DNA of 64,000 bases from Balanoglossus misakiensis (Eukaryota; Animalia; Hemichordata): positions 1,002,925-1,066,924 of the forward strand of contig CM082583.2 in the NCBI GenBank assembly GCA_040954595.2. Reading direction: 5' to 3'. Positions 12,801-25,600 of the stretch are shown piece by piece. The notes beneath the pieces were generated by a model that was not told where the DNA came from, did not search any database, and was given only the letters and a program-made list of their open reading frames with translations. Made by a program: the position numbers and the translations under genes. Position 1 is the stretch's first letter; every line of letters starts with the position of its first letter.

Positions 12801-15800
12801 TTGTGGCTAAAATTGTTATTTTCGTGATGAATGCCGCCAGTGTCACTGCTTTTAAAAGCCATAAAAACTTTTAACACACAAGCAATTGTTTATATATGAT
12901 CAGGTCACTGAATTAAAAATATAAAGAATGTTTTGCCTAAAAATGACCTTTTTGGTGCAAAAACGAATAAAACGCAATCTTGTATTAAATCAGTTCATTC
13001 AGAGTGCATGTTTTATAATAAGCACCATTTTTACATATAATGGAAATTTCATACATCATCAGATATCCAAATATGAAAAAATGATTTAGATTTTAGATGA
13101 TTGTCCAAAATTAGCTGATATCTAATAAATGTAGTATTGAACCGTTCTGTCCCCCCCCCCCCCTTACATTGTATGCGGTACGCCGATGTCAGCTTACCCG
13201 GCAGTACTGTAGGCCGTGCCCCCAACAAACGTCGGTGTTTGAAACGCCCTGGTTAAATTCGGGCTCTCTCTATAAATCGACAGGCAATAATGCAGTCCTA
13301 CCGGAACAAATGTCGAGTGTTGACCCGCTGCGACTTTCCCTCTTCGGTTTGCCCAACTTAGCCAACGTCTTTGTACTAGAGTGTCGGGTCTTTTGCAGAG
13401 CCAGGCCGAAGGAAATCCGACTTGATCACCGTTGCTAACGAACGCTAGTGTCTGTCATGGTGTGCCGGGGTTTTAGTCGAGCCAGGCCGTAGGAGATCTG
13501 ACTTGATCATCGTGGTCAATGTACGCGTGTTTCCGCTCTAAAGTGCCGGGGCTTCAGCTAAACCAGGCCGTAGGAAATCCGACGTAATCACCGTTGATAA
13601 CTTACGCCAGTCTGTGTCATATAGAGCCGGTGCACCAGCCGAGTCACGCCGTAGGAAATCTGACTTGATCAACGTGGTCAATGTACGCCTGTTTCTGCTC
13701 TAGAGTGCCGGGGCTTCAGCTGAGCCAGGCCGTAGGAAACCCGGCGTGATTACCGTTGTTAACTTACGCCAGTTTGTGTCCTATATATAGTGCCGGGGCA
13801 TCAGCCGTGCCAGGCCGAAGGAAATGTGAGTAGATCAACGTGGTCTCTGTACGCGTGTTTCTGCTCTAGAGTGCCAGGGCTTTAGCCAAGCCATGCCGTA
13901 GGAAATCTGACTTGATCAACGTTGCTAACGAACGCTAGTGTCTGTCATAGTGTGCCGGGGTTTTAGTCGAGCCAAGCCGTAGGAGATCAGACTTGATCAA
14001 CGTGGTCTCTGTACGTGTGTTTCTGCTCTAGAGTGCCGGGGCTTTATCCAACCCATGCCGTAGAAAATCTGACTTGATCACCGTTGCTAACGTACGCTAG
14101 TGTCTGTCATATTGTGACGGAGATTTAGCCGAGCCAGGCCGTAGAAAAATCGACTTGTTCAACGTTACCAGTGTGCAACTGTTTCTGCTCTAGAGTGTCA
14201 GGGTTTTAGCCGACTTATGCTGTAGGAAATCTGAGTTGATGAACGGGAATTTAATGTTAGAAAACCCGTGTGGAAAGTATCTCTACCCGTTTGAAACTAA
14301 GAAAAGAATTTATTCTTATTTATTTTGTAAAAAAGACAATTTTTCGAAAAAAAGTCGAAAAATTGCAATTTTGTCTTGGGTGATTCAAATTATACCGCCT
14401 TTTCTGGAATTTGCAGCACTTTTTACAAGAGAACGACACTTCATGCTCCATAATATTTCCGAAAATGAAGAAAAGAGTTAATTTTTTATGATTTTTCAAA
14501 AATTTACCATTTTGTCAAAATATGGCCAAAATGGCTATTTTTTCTTGAATTCCGTCAATATCTCTGCATTTTTGGAGTGGTCGAAAGTTTTAACATACAA
14601 TCAACATGTCATATATGATCAGGGCACCAAATTCGAAGAACGAAGGTTTTTTTATTTTATTTTTCTAAAAATGACATTTTCAAGGAAAATTTGGTAAAAC
14701 GCAATTTTGTCTGCAGTGACCCAAATTAGACGGTCTTTTGTGAAATTTGTATCGATATATATATACGAAGAGCATTCTATACTCCATCAGATTTCCGAAA
14801 ATGTAGAAAACAGGTATTTTTTGTAATTTTCAAAAATTTACCATTTTGACCAAATTGTGGTTAAAATTGTTATTTTCGTGTTGAATGCCGCCAGTGTCAC
14901 TGCTTTTAAAAGTCATAAAAACTTTTAACATGCAAGCAATTGCTTATATATGATCAGGCCACCGAATTAAAAAAATAAAGAATGTTTTGCCTAAAAATGA
15001 CCTTTTTGGTGCAAAAACGAATAAAACGCAATTTTGTATTAAATCAGCTCATTCAGAGTGCATTTTTTATAATCAGCACCATTTGTACATATATTGAAAA
15101 TTTCATACATCATCAGATATCCAAATATGAAAAAATGATTTAGATTTTAGATGATTGTCCAAAATTAGCTGATATCTAATAAATGTAGTATTGAACCGTT
15201 CTGTCCCCCCCCCCCTACATTATATGCGGTACGCCAATGTCAGCTTACCCGGCAGTACTGCAGGCCGTGCCCCCAAATAACGTCGGTGTTTGAAACGCCC
15301 TGGTTAAATTCGGGCTTTCTCTATAAATTGACAGGCAATAATGCAGTCCTACCCGAACAAATGTCGAGTGTTGACCCGCTGTGACTTTCCCTCTTCGGTT
15401 TGCCCGACTTAGCCAACGGCTTTGTACTAATGTGTCGGGTCTTTTGCAGAGCCAGGCCGAAGGAAATCCGACTTGATCACCGTTGCTAACGAACGCTAGT
15501 GTCTGTCATGGTGTGCCGGGGTTTTAGAAGAGCCAGGCCGTAGGAGATCTGACTTGATCATCGTGGTCAATGTACGCGTGTTTCCGCTCTAAAGTGCCGG
15601 GGCTTCAGCTAAACCAGGCCGTAGGAAATCCGACGTAATCACCGTTGATAACTTACGCCAGTCTGTGTCATATAGAGCCGGTGCACCAGCCGAATCACGC
15701 CGTAGGAAATCTGACTTGATCAACGTGGTCAATGTACGCCTGTTTCTGCTCTAGAGTGCCGGGGCTTCAGCTGAGCCAGGCCGTAGGAAACCCGACGTGA

Positions 15801-16427
15801 TTACCGTTGTTAACTTACGCCAGTCTGTGTCCTATATATAGTGCCGGGGCATCAGCTGTGCCAGGCCGAAGGAAATGGGAGTAGATCAACGTGGTCTCTG
15901 TACGCGTGTTTCTGCTCTAGAGTGCCAGGGCTTTAGCCAAGCCATGCCGTAGGAAATCTGACTTGATCAACGTTGCTAACGAACGCTAGTGTCTGTCATA
16001 GTGTGCTGGGGTTTTAGTCGAGCCAAGCCGTAGGAGATCAGACTTGATCAACGTGGTCTCTGTACGCGTGTTTCTGCTCTAGAGTGCCGGGGCTTTATCC
16101 CAGCCATGCCGTAGAAAATCTGACTTGATCACCGTTGCTAACGTGCGCTAGTGTCTGTCATATTGTGACGGAGATTTAGCCGAGCCAGGCCGTAGAAAAA
16201 TCGACTTGTTCAACGTTACCATTGTGCAACTGTTTCTGCTCTAGAGTGTCAGGGTTTTAGCCGACTTATGCTGTAGGAAATCTGAGTTGATGAATGGGAA
16301 TTCAATGTTAAAAAACCTGTGTGGAAAGTGTCTCTACCCTTTTGAAACTAAGAAAATAATTTATTGGGGGCACAAGCGCCCTCAGGCGGCTTGTGCCCCC
16401 ATTGTTATTGTTGGAATATTTCTTCTT

Positions 16428-16537
16428 TATTAGGGCCCAAGCGCATGCAGCGCTTGGGCCCTATTGTTATTATCCTGGTTTTTAGGGCCCAAGCCCAGCA
16501 GGCTTGGGCCCTATTGGTATTACTGGGGTTTTTCTTC

Positions 16538-16569
<32 letters not shown>

Positions 16570-19500
16570 GTGTCGTTTTTTTGTCCAGCTAGATCTTGAA
16601 AACGGCTGAACCTACAAATCTCACATTTGGCACAATGGTGCAGGGCTATGAGAGCTGGTGCAGTACCCTTGTGAATGTGTAATTAGTCATGTGACCTGAT
16701 GACCATATATGGGCAAAATTTTCAATTTGGCCTAATTTGCATATGAATGGAGATATCAAAATTCTGTTAAGATACTTTGTGGGCCATATGGCCAGGGTTC
16801 TACATGCCAAATGTCAAGGCCATAGGCCATGTCAATTTTGAGAAGAAGATTTTTAAGTATTATTTTTCATATTTTTTTCGCCCAAGCCATCGGCCTATAC
16901 TTCACATAGTAAAGCTATGACCACATCGTATTTTGGATAAATATGCATACATATCTCAAAATCTGTTAGGCCGACCATCTCCAACTTTGGTGTGCAGCTA
17001 GCCTAGCATTTGTCAATAATTTTAAGCGAAAAAAAATAATATGAAAAATCGACCGATTTTTTTATATTAATTTTTTTATTAAATTTATACCTTTAATTAT
17101 ACCTCTATGGTTAAGCTATGTCTATGTCTTATTGTGGAATTCAGGTCTGTGCAATAGTCCTGTACAGTGACTGTCTATTGGTCAGTGAGCACAATAGCAC
17201 CAAAATAAAAGGCACAAGTTTAGTCTCACCTGTAACACCTGCTTAACTCATTAATTATGTGCATACCTAATTCTGGGCTAACTAAGAGGGCTAGAGGTTT
17301 CGTTCTTGTGAGACATGGACCAGTATAGGGTCAAAATTTCTTGCCCAAATTTTGGGTGACCTCAGGTGACCTTTGACCTACTTTCCTATATCTCGGCATC
17401 CACAGCGGGTACAGACTTGGCGTTTGGAGGGTTGGGACTAAAGTTGAAAAGCCAAAATGGGGGTCACCTGTGACACCTGCATATCTCATTAATTATGTGC
17501 ATACCTAATTACAGGCTAACCAGTAGGGTTAGAGGTTTCGTGCTTGTGGGACATGGACCAGTATGGGGTTAAAAAAAATTGCCTAAATTTTGGATGACCT
17601 CAGGTGACCTTTGACCTACTTTCCTATATTTCCGCATCCAGAGCAGGTACAGACTTGGCGTTTGGAGGGTTGGGACTAAAATTGAAAAGCCAAAATTGGG
17701 GTCACCTGTGACACCTGCTTATCTCATTAATTATGTGCATACCTAATTCCAGGCTAACCAATAGGGCTAGAGGTTTGATTTATGCTGAACATGGACCAGT
17801 ATGGGGTCAAAATTTTTTGCCCAAATTTTGGGTGACCTCAGGTGACCTTTGACCTAATTTACCATATCTCGGCATCCACAGCAGATACAGCCTTGGCATT
17901 TGGAGGGATGGAACTCCTGATGGAGCCTTACACTTTATCTCATTAATTATGCGCATACCTAATTGTAGGCGAACCAATAGGGCTAGAGATTTTGTTCTTG
18001 TGGGACACGGACCAGTATGGGGTCAAAATTTCTTGCCAAAATTTCGGGTGACCGCTTATGACCTTTGACCTTCGGCTTAAGCTTGGGCCCGTCATCGCTG
18101 CTTGCAGCTATATTTCTTCTACTTCTTCTTTTTTTTCTTGTGCAGTTTTTTCGGCCAGCTAGATCTGGAAAACGGCTAAACCTACCAATTACAAACTTGG
18201 CACAATGGTGTAGGCCAATGAGAGCTAGTGCTGTACCCTTGTGAATGTTTAATTAGTCACGTGACCTGATGACCATATATGGGCAAAATTTTCAAATTGG
18301 CCTAATTTGCATATGAATGGAGATATCAAAATTCTGTTAAGATACTTTGTGGGCCATATGGCCAGGGTTGTACATGCCAAATGTCAAGGCCATAGGCCAT
18401 GTCAATTTTGAGAAGAAGATTTTTAAGTATTATTTTTCATATTTTTCGCCCAAGCCATGTGCCTATACTTTACATAGTTAAGCTATGACCACATATTATT
18501 TTGGATAAATATGCATACATATCTCAAAATCTGTTAGGCCGATCATCTTCAACTTTGGTGTGCAGCTAGCCTAGCATTTGTCAATAATTTTAATTGAAAA
18601 AAAAATAATATGAAAAATCGACCGATTTTTTTATATTAATTTGTTTTATTAAATTCTTACCTTTACTTATACCTCTATGGTTAAGCTATGTCCATGTCTC
18701 ATTGTGGAATTCTCGTCTGTGCAATAGTCCTGTACAGTGATTGTCTATCAGTGAGCACAATAGCACCAAAATAAAAGGCACAATTTTAGGCTCACCTGTA
18801 ACACCTGCTTAACTCATTAATTATGTGCATACCTAATTCTGGGCTAACTAAGAGGGCTAGAGGTTTTGTTCTTGTGGGACATGGGCCAGTATAGGGTCAA
18901 AATTTCTTGCCCAAATTTTGGGTGACCCCAGGTGACCTTTGACCTACTTTCCTATATCTCGGCATCCAGAGCAGGTACAGACTTGGCGTTTGGAGGGTTG
19001 GGACTAAAGTTGAAAAGCCAAAATGGGGGTCACCTGTGACACCTGCATATCTCATTAATTATGTGCATACCTAATTCCAGGCTAACCAATAGGGCTATAG
19101 GTTTGGTTTTTGTTGAACATGGACCAGTATAGGGTCAAAATTTTTTGCCCAAATTTTGTATGACCTCAGGTGACCTTTGACCTACTTTACCAGATCTTGG
19201 CATCTAGAGCAGGTACAGACTTGCATTTGGTGGGTTGGGACTAAAATTGAAAAGGCAAAATTGGGGGTCACCTGTGACACCTGCCTACCTCATTAATTAT
19301 GTGCATACCTAATTCCAGGCTTACCAATAGGGCTATAGGTTTGGTTTTTGTTGAACATGGACCAGTATAGGGTCAAAATTACTTGCCCAAATTTTGCATG
19401 ACCTCAGGTGACCTTTGACCTACTTTACCATATCTCGGCAGCCACAGCAGATACAGCCTTGGCATTTGGAGGGATGGAACTCCTGGTGGAGCCTTACACT

Positions 19501-19681
19501 TTTCCTCATTAATTATGCGCATACCTAATTGTAGGCGAACCAATAGGGCTAGAGATTTTGTTCTTGTGGGACACGGACCAGTATGGGGTCAAAATTTCTT
19601 GCCAAAATTTTGGGTGACCACTTATGACCTTTGACCTTCGTCTTAAGCTTGGGCCCGTCATTGCTGCTTGCAGCTATATTT
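16428..19681 (+). mobile_element. Non-autonomous Helentron-type element B, nested in A
   Basis: 5' tagggcccaagcgc-atgca-gcgcttgggcccta. 3' aagcttgggccc plus gctgcttgcagc hairpin (19645-19675). Internal ~238-bp repeats at ~18813, 19051, 19289, 19505. The (TTC)n of element A resumes after it. Confidence 0.85.
16481..18115 (+). mobile_element. Non-autonomous Helentron-type element C, nested in B
   Basis: 5' tagggcccaagcc-cagca-ggcttgggcccta, (TTC)n, internal ~238-bp repeats (ctcattaattatg at 17247, 17485, 17723, 17939), 3' aagcttgggccc plus gctgcttgcagc (18079-18109). Closely similar to B throughout. Confidence 0.85.
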
Positions 19682-22600
19682 CTTCTTCTTCTTCTTCTTC
19701 TTCTTCTTCCGAGAAATTCGGCCAGGTAGATCTGGAAAACCGCTGCACCTAGGGGGCTGAAACTTGGTAGGGTGATAGGGGCCAATGAGTAGACGTGCAG
19801 TGGCTCGTGAATATTTAATTAGTCACGTGACCTGGCGGCCATATTGGATTTCCTGAAAATCGTTAAACGAGTCCTTCTCAAAAACTACTGGGCCGATCGA
19901 GTTCAAATTTGGTGTGCAGGTAGCCTACCTTCTGTCCATCATTTTACCCCATTGAAATCATGACGTCACACATAAAATTTTTTTGCTACAATTGTTTTTC
20001 TGAAACACTACTTAAAACTTTAAAAATCTTCTTCTCCAGAACCAGCGATTGCCGAGTCACGGGATTTGGGGCATGTGGTCACCTAACCTATGTCTATCAA
20101 GTTTGCGAAGCGCACTGTGATTGGTCGACCATTATGGCGGCCATGTTGGATTTTCGGAAAACCATTGAAAAATGAACATTCCGTTTTGTAGCCAAAATAT
20201 TGACAGCACAGAACTTCTTTTTTTGGATATGAGTCATCATATGACCGGAAGTTGTCACAATTTTTCGGGGTAATTTTCACATGACCTTTGACCCAGTTTT
20301 AAAACAACTAATTATATATGCATATTCCCCATACCTCCTCTTGTCAAAGCACCACAGTCATGAATTTTGTGGACATGGGTACTAATGCTGCCAGGACATG
20401 GCACAAATGTTTTGGTAATTTTGCCAATGACCCTTGACCTATTTCTGAAACATCATTTTTCTGCATATCTAATTCCAGGCTAACCAAGAGGGCTAGAGGT
20501 CTGGTTTTAGTTGGACATGGCCCACTCTGGGGTCAAAATTTTATGTCCAAATTTTGCGTGACCTTGGATGACCTTTGATCTACTTTCCCATAGCTCAGCA
20601 TCCACAGCAGTTAGAGTCCTGGCTTTTGGGTGGCAGATGGAGCACATATGGAGTCTTACACAAGACCTCATTAATTATGCGCATACCTAATTCTAGGCGA
20701 ACCAATAGAGCCAGGGGTCTTGTTTTTGTTGGACCTAGACTTGTATGGGGTCCAATATTTTTGCCCAAATTTGGGGTGACCTCAGGTGACCTTTGACCTA
20801 CTTTCCCATATCTTGGTATCCGCAGCAGATACAGCCTTGGCATTTGCTGGTTACAATGGGAACCGCTTGTGCCCCCCCAACGCTGCTTGCAGCTTTAATT
20901 CTTATTTATTTTGTAAAAATCACAATTTTTCGAAAAAAAGTCGAAAATGGTAATTTTGTCATGGGTGATTCAAATTATACCGCCTTTTCTGGAATTTGCA
21001 GCACTTTTTACAAGAGAACGACACTTCATGCTCCATAATATTTCCGAAAATGAAGAAAAGAGTTAATTTTTTATGATTTTTTAAAAATTTACCATTTTTG
21101 TCAAAATATGGCCAAAATGGCTATTTTTTCTTGAATTCCGTCAATATCTCTGCATTTTTGGAGTGGTCGAAAGTTTTAACATACAATCAACATGTCATAT
21201 ATGATCAGGGCACCAAATTCGAAGAACAAAGGTTTTTTTTATTTTTTTTTCTAAAAATGACATTTTCAAGGAAAATTTGGTAAAACGCAATTTTGTCTGC
21301 AGTGAGCCAAATTGGCCGTTTTTTTGTGGAATTTGTATCGATATATGTATACGAAGAGCATTCTATACTCCCTCAGATTTCCGAAAATGTAGAAAACAGG
21401 TATTTTTTGTAATTTTCAAAAATTTACCATTTTGACCGAATTGTGGCTAAAATTGTTATTTTCGTGTTGAATGCCGCCAGTGTCACTGCTTTTAAAAGTC
21501 ATTAAAACTTTTAACATACAAGCAATTGTTTATATATGATCAGGTCACCGAATTTAAAGAATAAAGAATGTTTTCCCTAAAAATGACCTTTTTGGTGCAA
21601 AAACGAATATAAAACGCAATTTTGTATTAAATCAGCTCATTCAGAGTGCATTTTTTATAATCAGCACCATTTTTACATATAATGGAAATTTCATACATCA
21701 TCAGATATCCAAATATGAAAAAATGATTTAGATTTTAGATGATTGTCCAAAAGTAGCTGATATCTAATAAATATAGTATTGAACCGTTCTGTTCCCCCCC
21801 CCCCCCTACATTAAATGCGGTACGCCGATGTCAGCTTACCCGTCAGTACTGCAGGCCGTGCCCACAACTAACGTCGGTGTTTGAAACGCCCTGGTTAAAT
21901 TCGGGCTTTCTCTATAAATTGACAGGCAATAATGTAGTCCTACCGGAACAAATGTCGAGTGTTGACCCGCTGTGACTTGCCCTCTTCGGTTTGCCCGACT
22001 TAGCCAACGTCTTTGTACTAGAGTGTCGGGTGTTTTGCAGAGCCAGGCCGAAGGAAATCCGACTTGATCACCGTTGCTAACGAACGCTAGTGTCTGTCAT
22101 GGTGTGCCGGGGTTTTAGTCGAGCCAGGCCGTAGAAGATCTGACTGGATCATCGTGGTCAATGTACGCGTGTTTCCGCTCTAAAGTGCCAGGGCTTCAGC
22201 TAAACCAAGCCGTAGGAAACCCGACGTGATTACCGTTGTTAACTTACGCCAGTCTGTGTCCTATATATAGTGCGGGGCATCAGCCGTGCCAGGTCTAAGG
22301 AAATGTGAGTAGATCAATGTGGTCTCTGTACGCGTGTTTCTGCTCTAGAATGCCAGGGCTTTAGCCAAGCCATGCCGTAGGAAATCTGAATTGATCAACG
22401 TTGCTAACGAACGCTAGTGTCTGTCATAGTGTGCCGGGGTTTTAGTCGAGCCAAGCCGTAGGAGATCTGACTTGATCATCGTGGTCAATGTACGCGTGTT
22501 TCCGCTCTAAAGTGCCGGGGCTTGAGCTAAACCAGGCCGTAGGAAATCCGACGTAATCACCGTTGATAACTTACGCCAGTCTGTGTCATATAGAGCCGGT

Positions 22601-25600
22601 GCACCAGCGGAGTCACGCCGTAGGAATCTGATTTGATCAACGTGGTCAATGTACGCCTGTTTCTGCTCTAGAGTGCCGGGGCTTCAGCTGAGCCAGGCCG
22701 TAGGAAACCCGACGTGATTAGCGTTGTTAACTTACGCAAGTCTGTGTCCTATATATACTGCCGGGGCATCAGCCGTGCCAGGCCGAAGGAAATGTGAGTA
22801 GATCAACGTGGTTTCTGTACGCGTGTTTCTGCTCTAGAGTGCCAGGGCTTTAGCCAAGCCATGCCGTAGGAAATCTGACTTGATCAACGTTGCTAACGAA
22901 CGCTAGTGTCTGTCATATTGTGACGGAGATTTAGCCGAGCCAGGCCGTAGAAAAATCGACTTGTTCAACGTTACCAGTGTGCAACTGTTTCTGCTCTAGA
23001 GTGTCAGGGTTTTAGCCGACTTATGCTGTAGGAAATCTGAGTTGATGAATGGGAATTCAATGTTTAAAAACCTGTGTGGAAAGTGTCTCTACCGTTTTGA
23101 AACTAAGAAAAGAATTTATTCTTATTTATTTTGAAAAAATCACAATTTTTCGAAAAAAAGTCGAAAATGGTAATTTTGTCATGGGTGATTCAAATTATAC
23201 CGCCTTTTCTGGAATTTGCAGCACTTTTTACAAGAGAACGACACTTCATGCTCCATAATATTTCCGAAAATGAAGAAAAGAGTTAATTTTTTATGATTTT
23301 TTTAAAATTTACAATTTTTGTCAAAATATGGCCAAAATGGCTATTTTTTCTTGAATTCCGTCAATATCTCTGCATTTTTGGAGTGGTCGAAAGTTTTAAC
23401 ATACAATCAACATGTCATATATGATCAGGGCACCAAATTCGAAGAACAAAGGTTTTTTTTATTTTTTTTTCTAAAAATGACATTTTCAAGGAAAATTTGG
23501 TAAAACGCAATTTTGTCTGTAGTGAGCCAAATTGGCCGTTTTTTTGTGGAATTTGTATCGATATATGTATACGAAGAGCATTCTATACTCCATCAGATTT
23601 CCGAAAATGTAGAAAACAGGTATTTTTTGTAATTTTCAAAAATTTACCATTTTGACCGAATTGTGGCTAAAATTGTTATTTTCGCGTTGAATGCCGCCAG
23701 TGTCACTGCTTTTAAAAGTCATTAAAACTTTTAACATACAAGCAATTGTTTATATATGATCAGGTCACCGAATTTAAAGAATAAAGAATGTTTTCCCTAA
23801 AAATGACCTTTTTGGTGCAAAAACGAATAAAACGCAATTTTGTATTAAATCAGCTCATTCAGAGTGCATTTTTTATAATCAGCACCATTTTTACATATAA
23901 TGGAAATTTCATACATCATCAGATATCCAAATATGAAAAAATGATTTAGATTTTAGATGATTGTCCAAAAGTAGCTGATATCTAATAAATGTAGTATTGA
24001 ACCGTTCTGTCCCCCCCCCTTACATTACATGCGGTACGCCGATGTCAGCTTACCCATCAGTACTGCAGGCCGTGCCCACAACTAACGTCGGTGTTTGAAA
24101 CGCCCTGGTTAAATTCGGGCTTTCTCTATAAATTGACAGGCAATAATGTAGTCCTACCGGAACAAATGTCGAGTGTTGACCCGCTGTGACTTTCCCTCTT
24201 CGGTTTGCCCGACTTAGCCAACGTCTTTGTACTAGAGTGTCGGGTCTTTTGCAGAGCCAGGCCGAAGGAAATCCGACTTGATCACCGTTGCTAACGAACG
24301 CTAGTGTCTGTCATGGTGTGCCGGGGTTTTAGTCGAGCCAGGCCGTAGGAGATCTGACTTGATCATCGTGGTCAATGTACGCGTGTTTCCGCTCTAAAGG
24401 GCCGGGGCTTCAGCTACACCAGGCCGTAGGAAATCCGACGTAATCACCGTTGATAACTTACGCCAGTCTGTGTCATATAGAGCCGGTGCACCAGCCGAAT
24501 CACGCCGTAGGAAATCTTACTTGATCAACGTGGTCAATGTACGCCTGTTTCTGCTCTAGAGTGCCGGGGCTTCAGCTGAGCCAGGCCGTGGGAAACCCGA
24601 CGTGATTACCGTTGTTAGCTTACGCCAGTTTGTGTCCTATATATAGTGCCGGGGCATCAGCCGTGCCAGGCCGAAGGAAATGTGAGTAGATCAACGTGGT
24701 CTCTGTACGCGTGTTTCTGCTCTAGAGTGCCAGGGCTTTAGCCAAGCCATGCCGTAGGAAATCTGACTTGATCAACGTTGCTAACGAACGCTAATGTCTG
24801 TCATAGTGTGCCGGGGTTTTAGTCGAGCCAAGCCGTAGGAGATCAGACTTGATCAACGTGGTCTCTGTACGCGTGTTTCTGCTCTAGAGTGCCGGGGCTT
24901 TATCCAAGCCATGCCGTAGAAAATCTGACTTGATCACCGTTGCTAACGTACGCTAGTGTCTGTCATATTGTGACGGAGATTTAGCCGAGCCAGGCCGTAG
25001 AAAAATCGACTTGTTCAACGTTACCAGTGTGCAACTGTTTCTGCTCTAGAGTGTCAGGGTTTTAGCCGACTTATGCTGTAGGAAATCTGAGTTGATGAAC
25101 GGGAATTCAATGTTAGAAATCCGTGTGGAAAGTATCTCTACCCGTTTGGAACTAAGAAAAGAATTTATTCTTATTTATTTTGTAAAAAAACAATATTTCG
25201 AAAAAAAGTCGAAAATGGTAATTTTGTCTTGGGTGATTCAAATTATACCGCCTTTTCTGGAATTTGCAGCACTTTTTACAAGAGAACGACACTTCATGCT
25301 CTATAATATTTCCGAAAATGAAGAAAAGAGTTAATTTTTTATGATTTTTTAAAAATTTACCATTTTTGTCAAAATATGGCCAAAATGGCTATTTTTTCTT
25401 GAATTCCGTCAATATCTCAGCATTTTTGGAGTGGTCGAAAGTTTTAACATACAATCAACATGTCATATATGATCAGGCACTAAATTCGAAGAACAAAGGT
25501 TTTTTTATTTTTTTTTCTAAAAATGACATTTTCAAGGAAAATTTGGTAAAACGCAATTTTGTCTGCAGTGAGCCAAATTAGACGGTCTTTTGTGGAATTT

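Larger units (their letters stand above)
16364..20900 (+). mobile_element. Non-autonomous Helentron-type (HINE/DINE-1-like) element A, outer member of a nest
   Basis: 5' subTIR plus inverted copy (gggggcacaagcg...gcttgtgccccc, 16366-16400), (TTC)n microsatellite, 3' subTIR cgcttgtgccccc (~20864) and hairpin gctgc-tt-gcagc (20882-20893). Inserted at TT in tttatt^cttatt; no clear TSD beyond T residues. Confidence 0.85.

Noticed and set aside
16364-16609. 81-aa ORF with poly-Phe, and the poly-Arg ORF at 19549-19785
   Set aside because: These are translations of (TTC)n microsatellites and hairpins in non-autonomous elements.
16685-16725. ctgatga-ccatatatgg-gcaaaa in the nested elements as a hammerhead ribozyme
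   Set aside because: GCAAA replaces the required GAAA and there are no convincing flanking stems.
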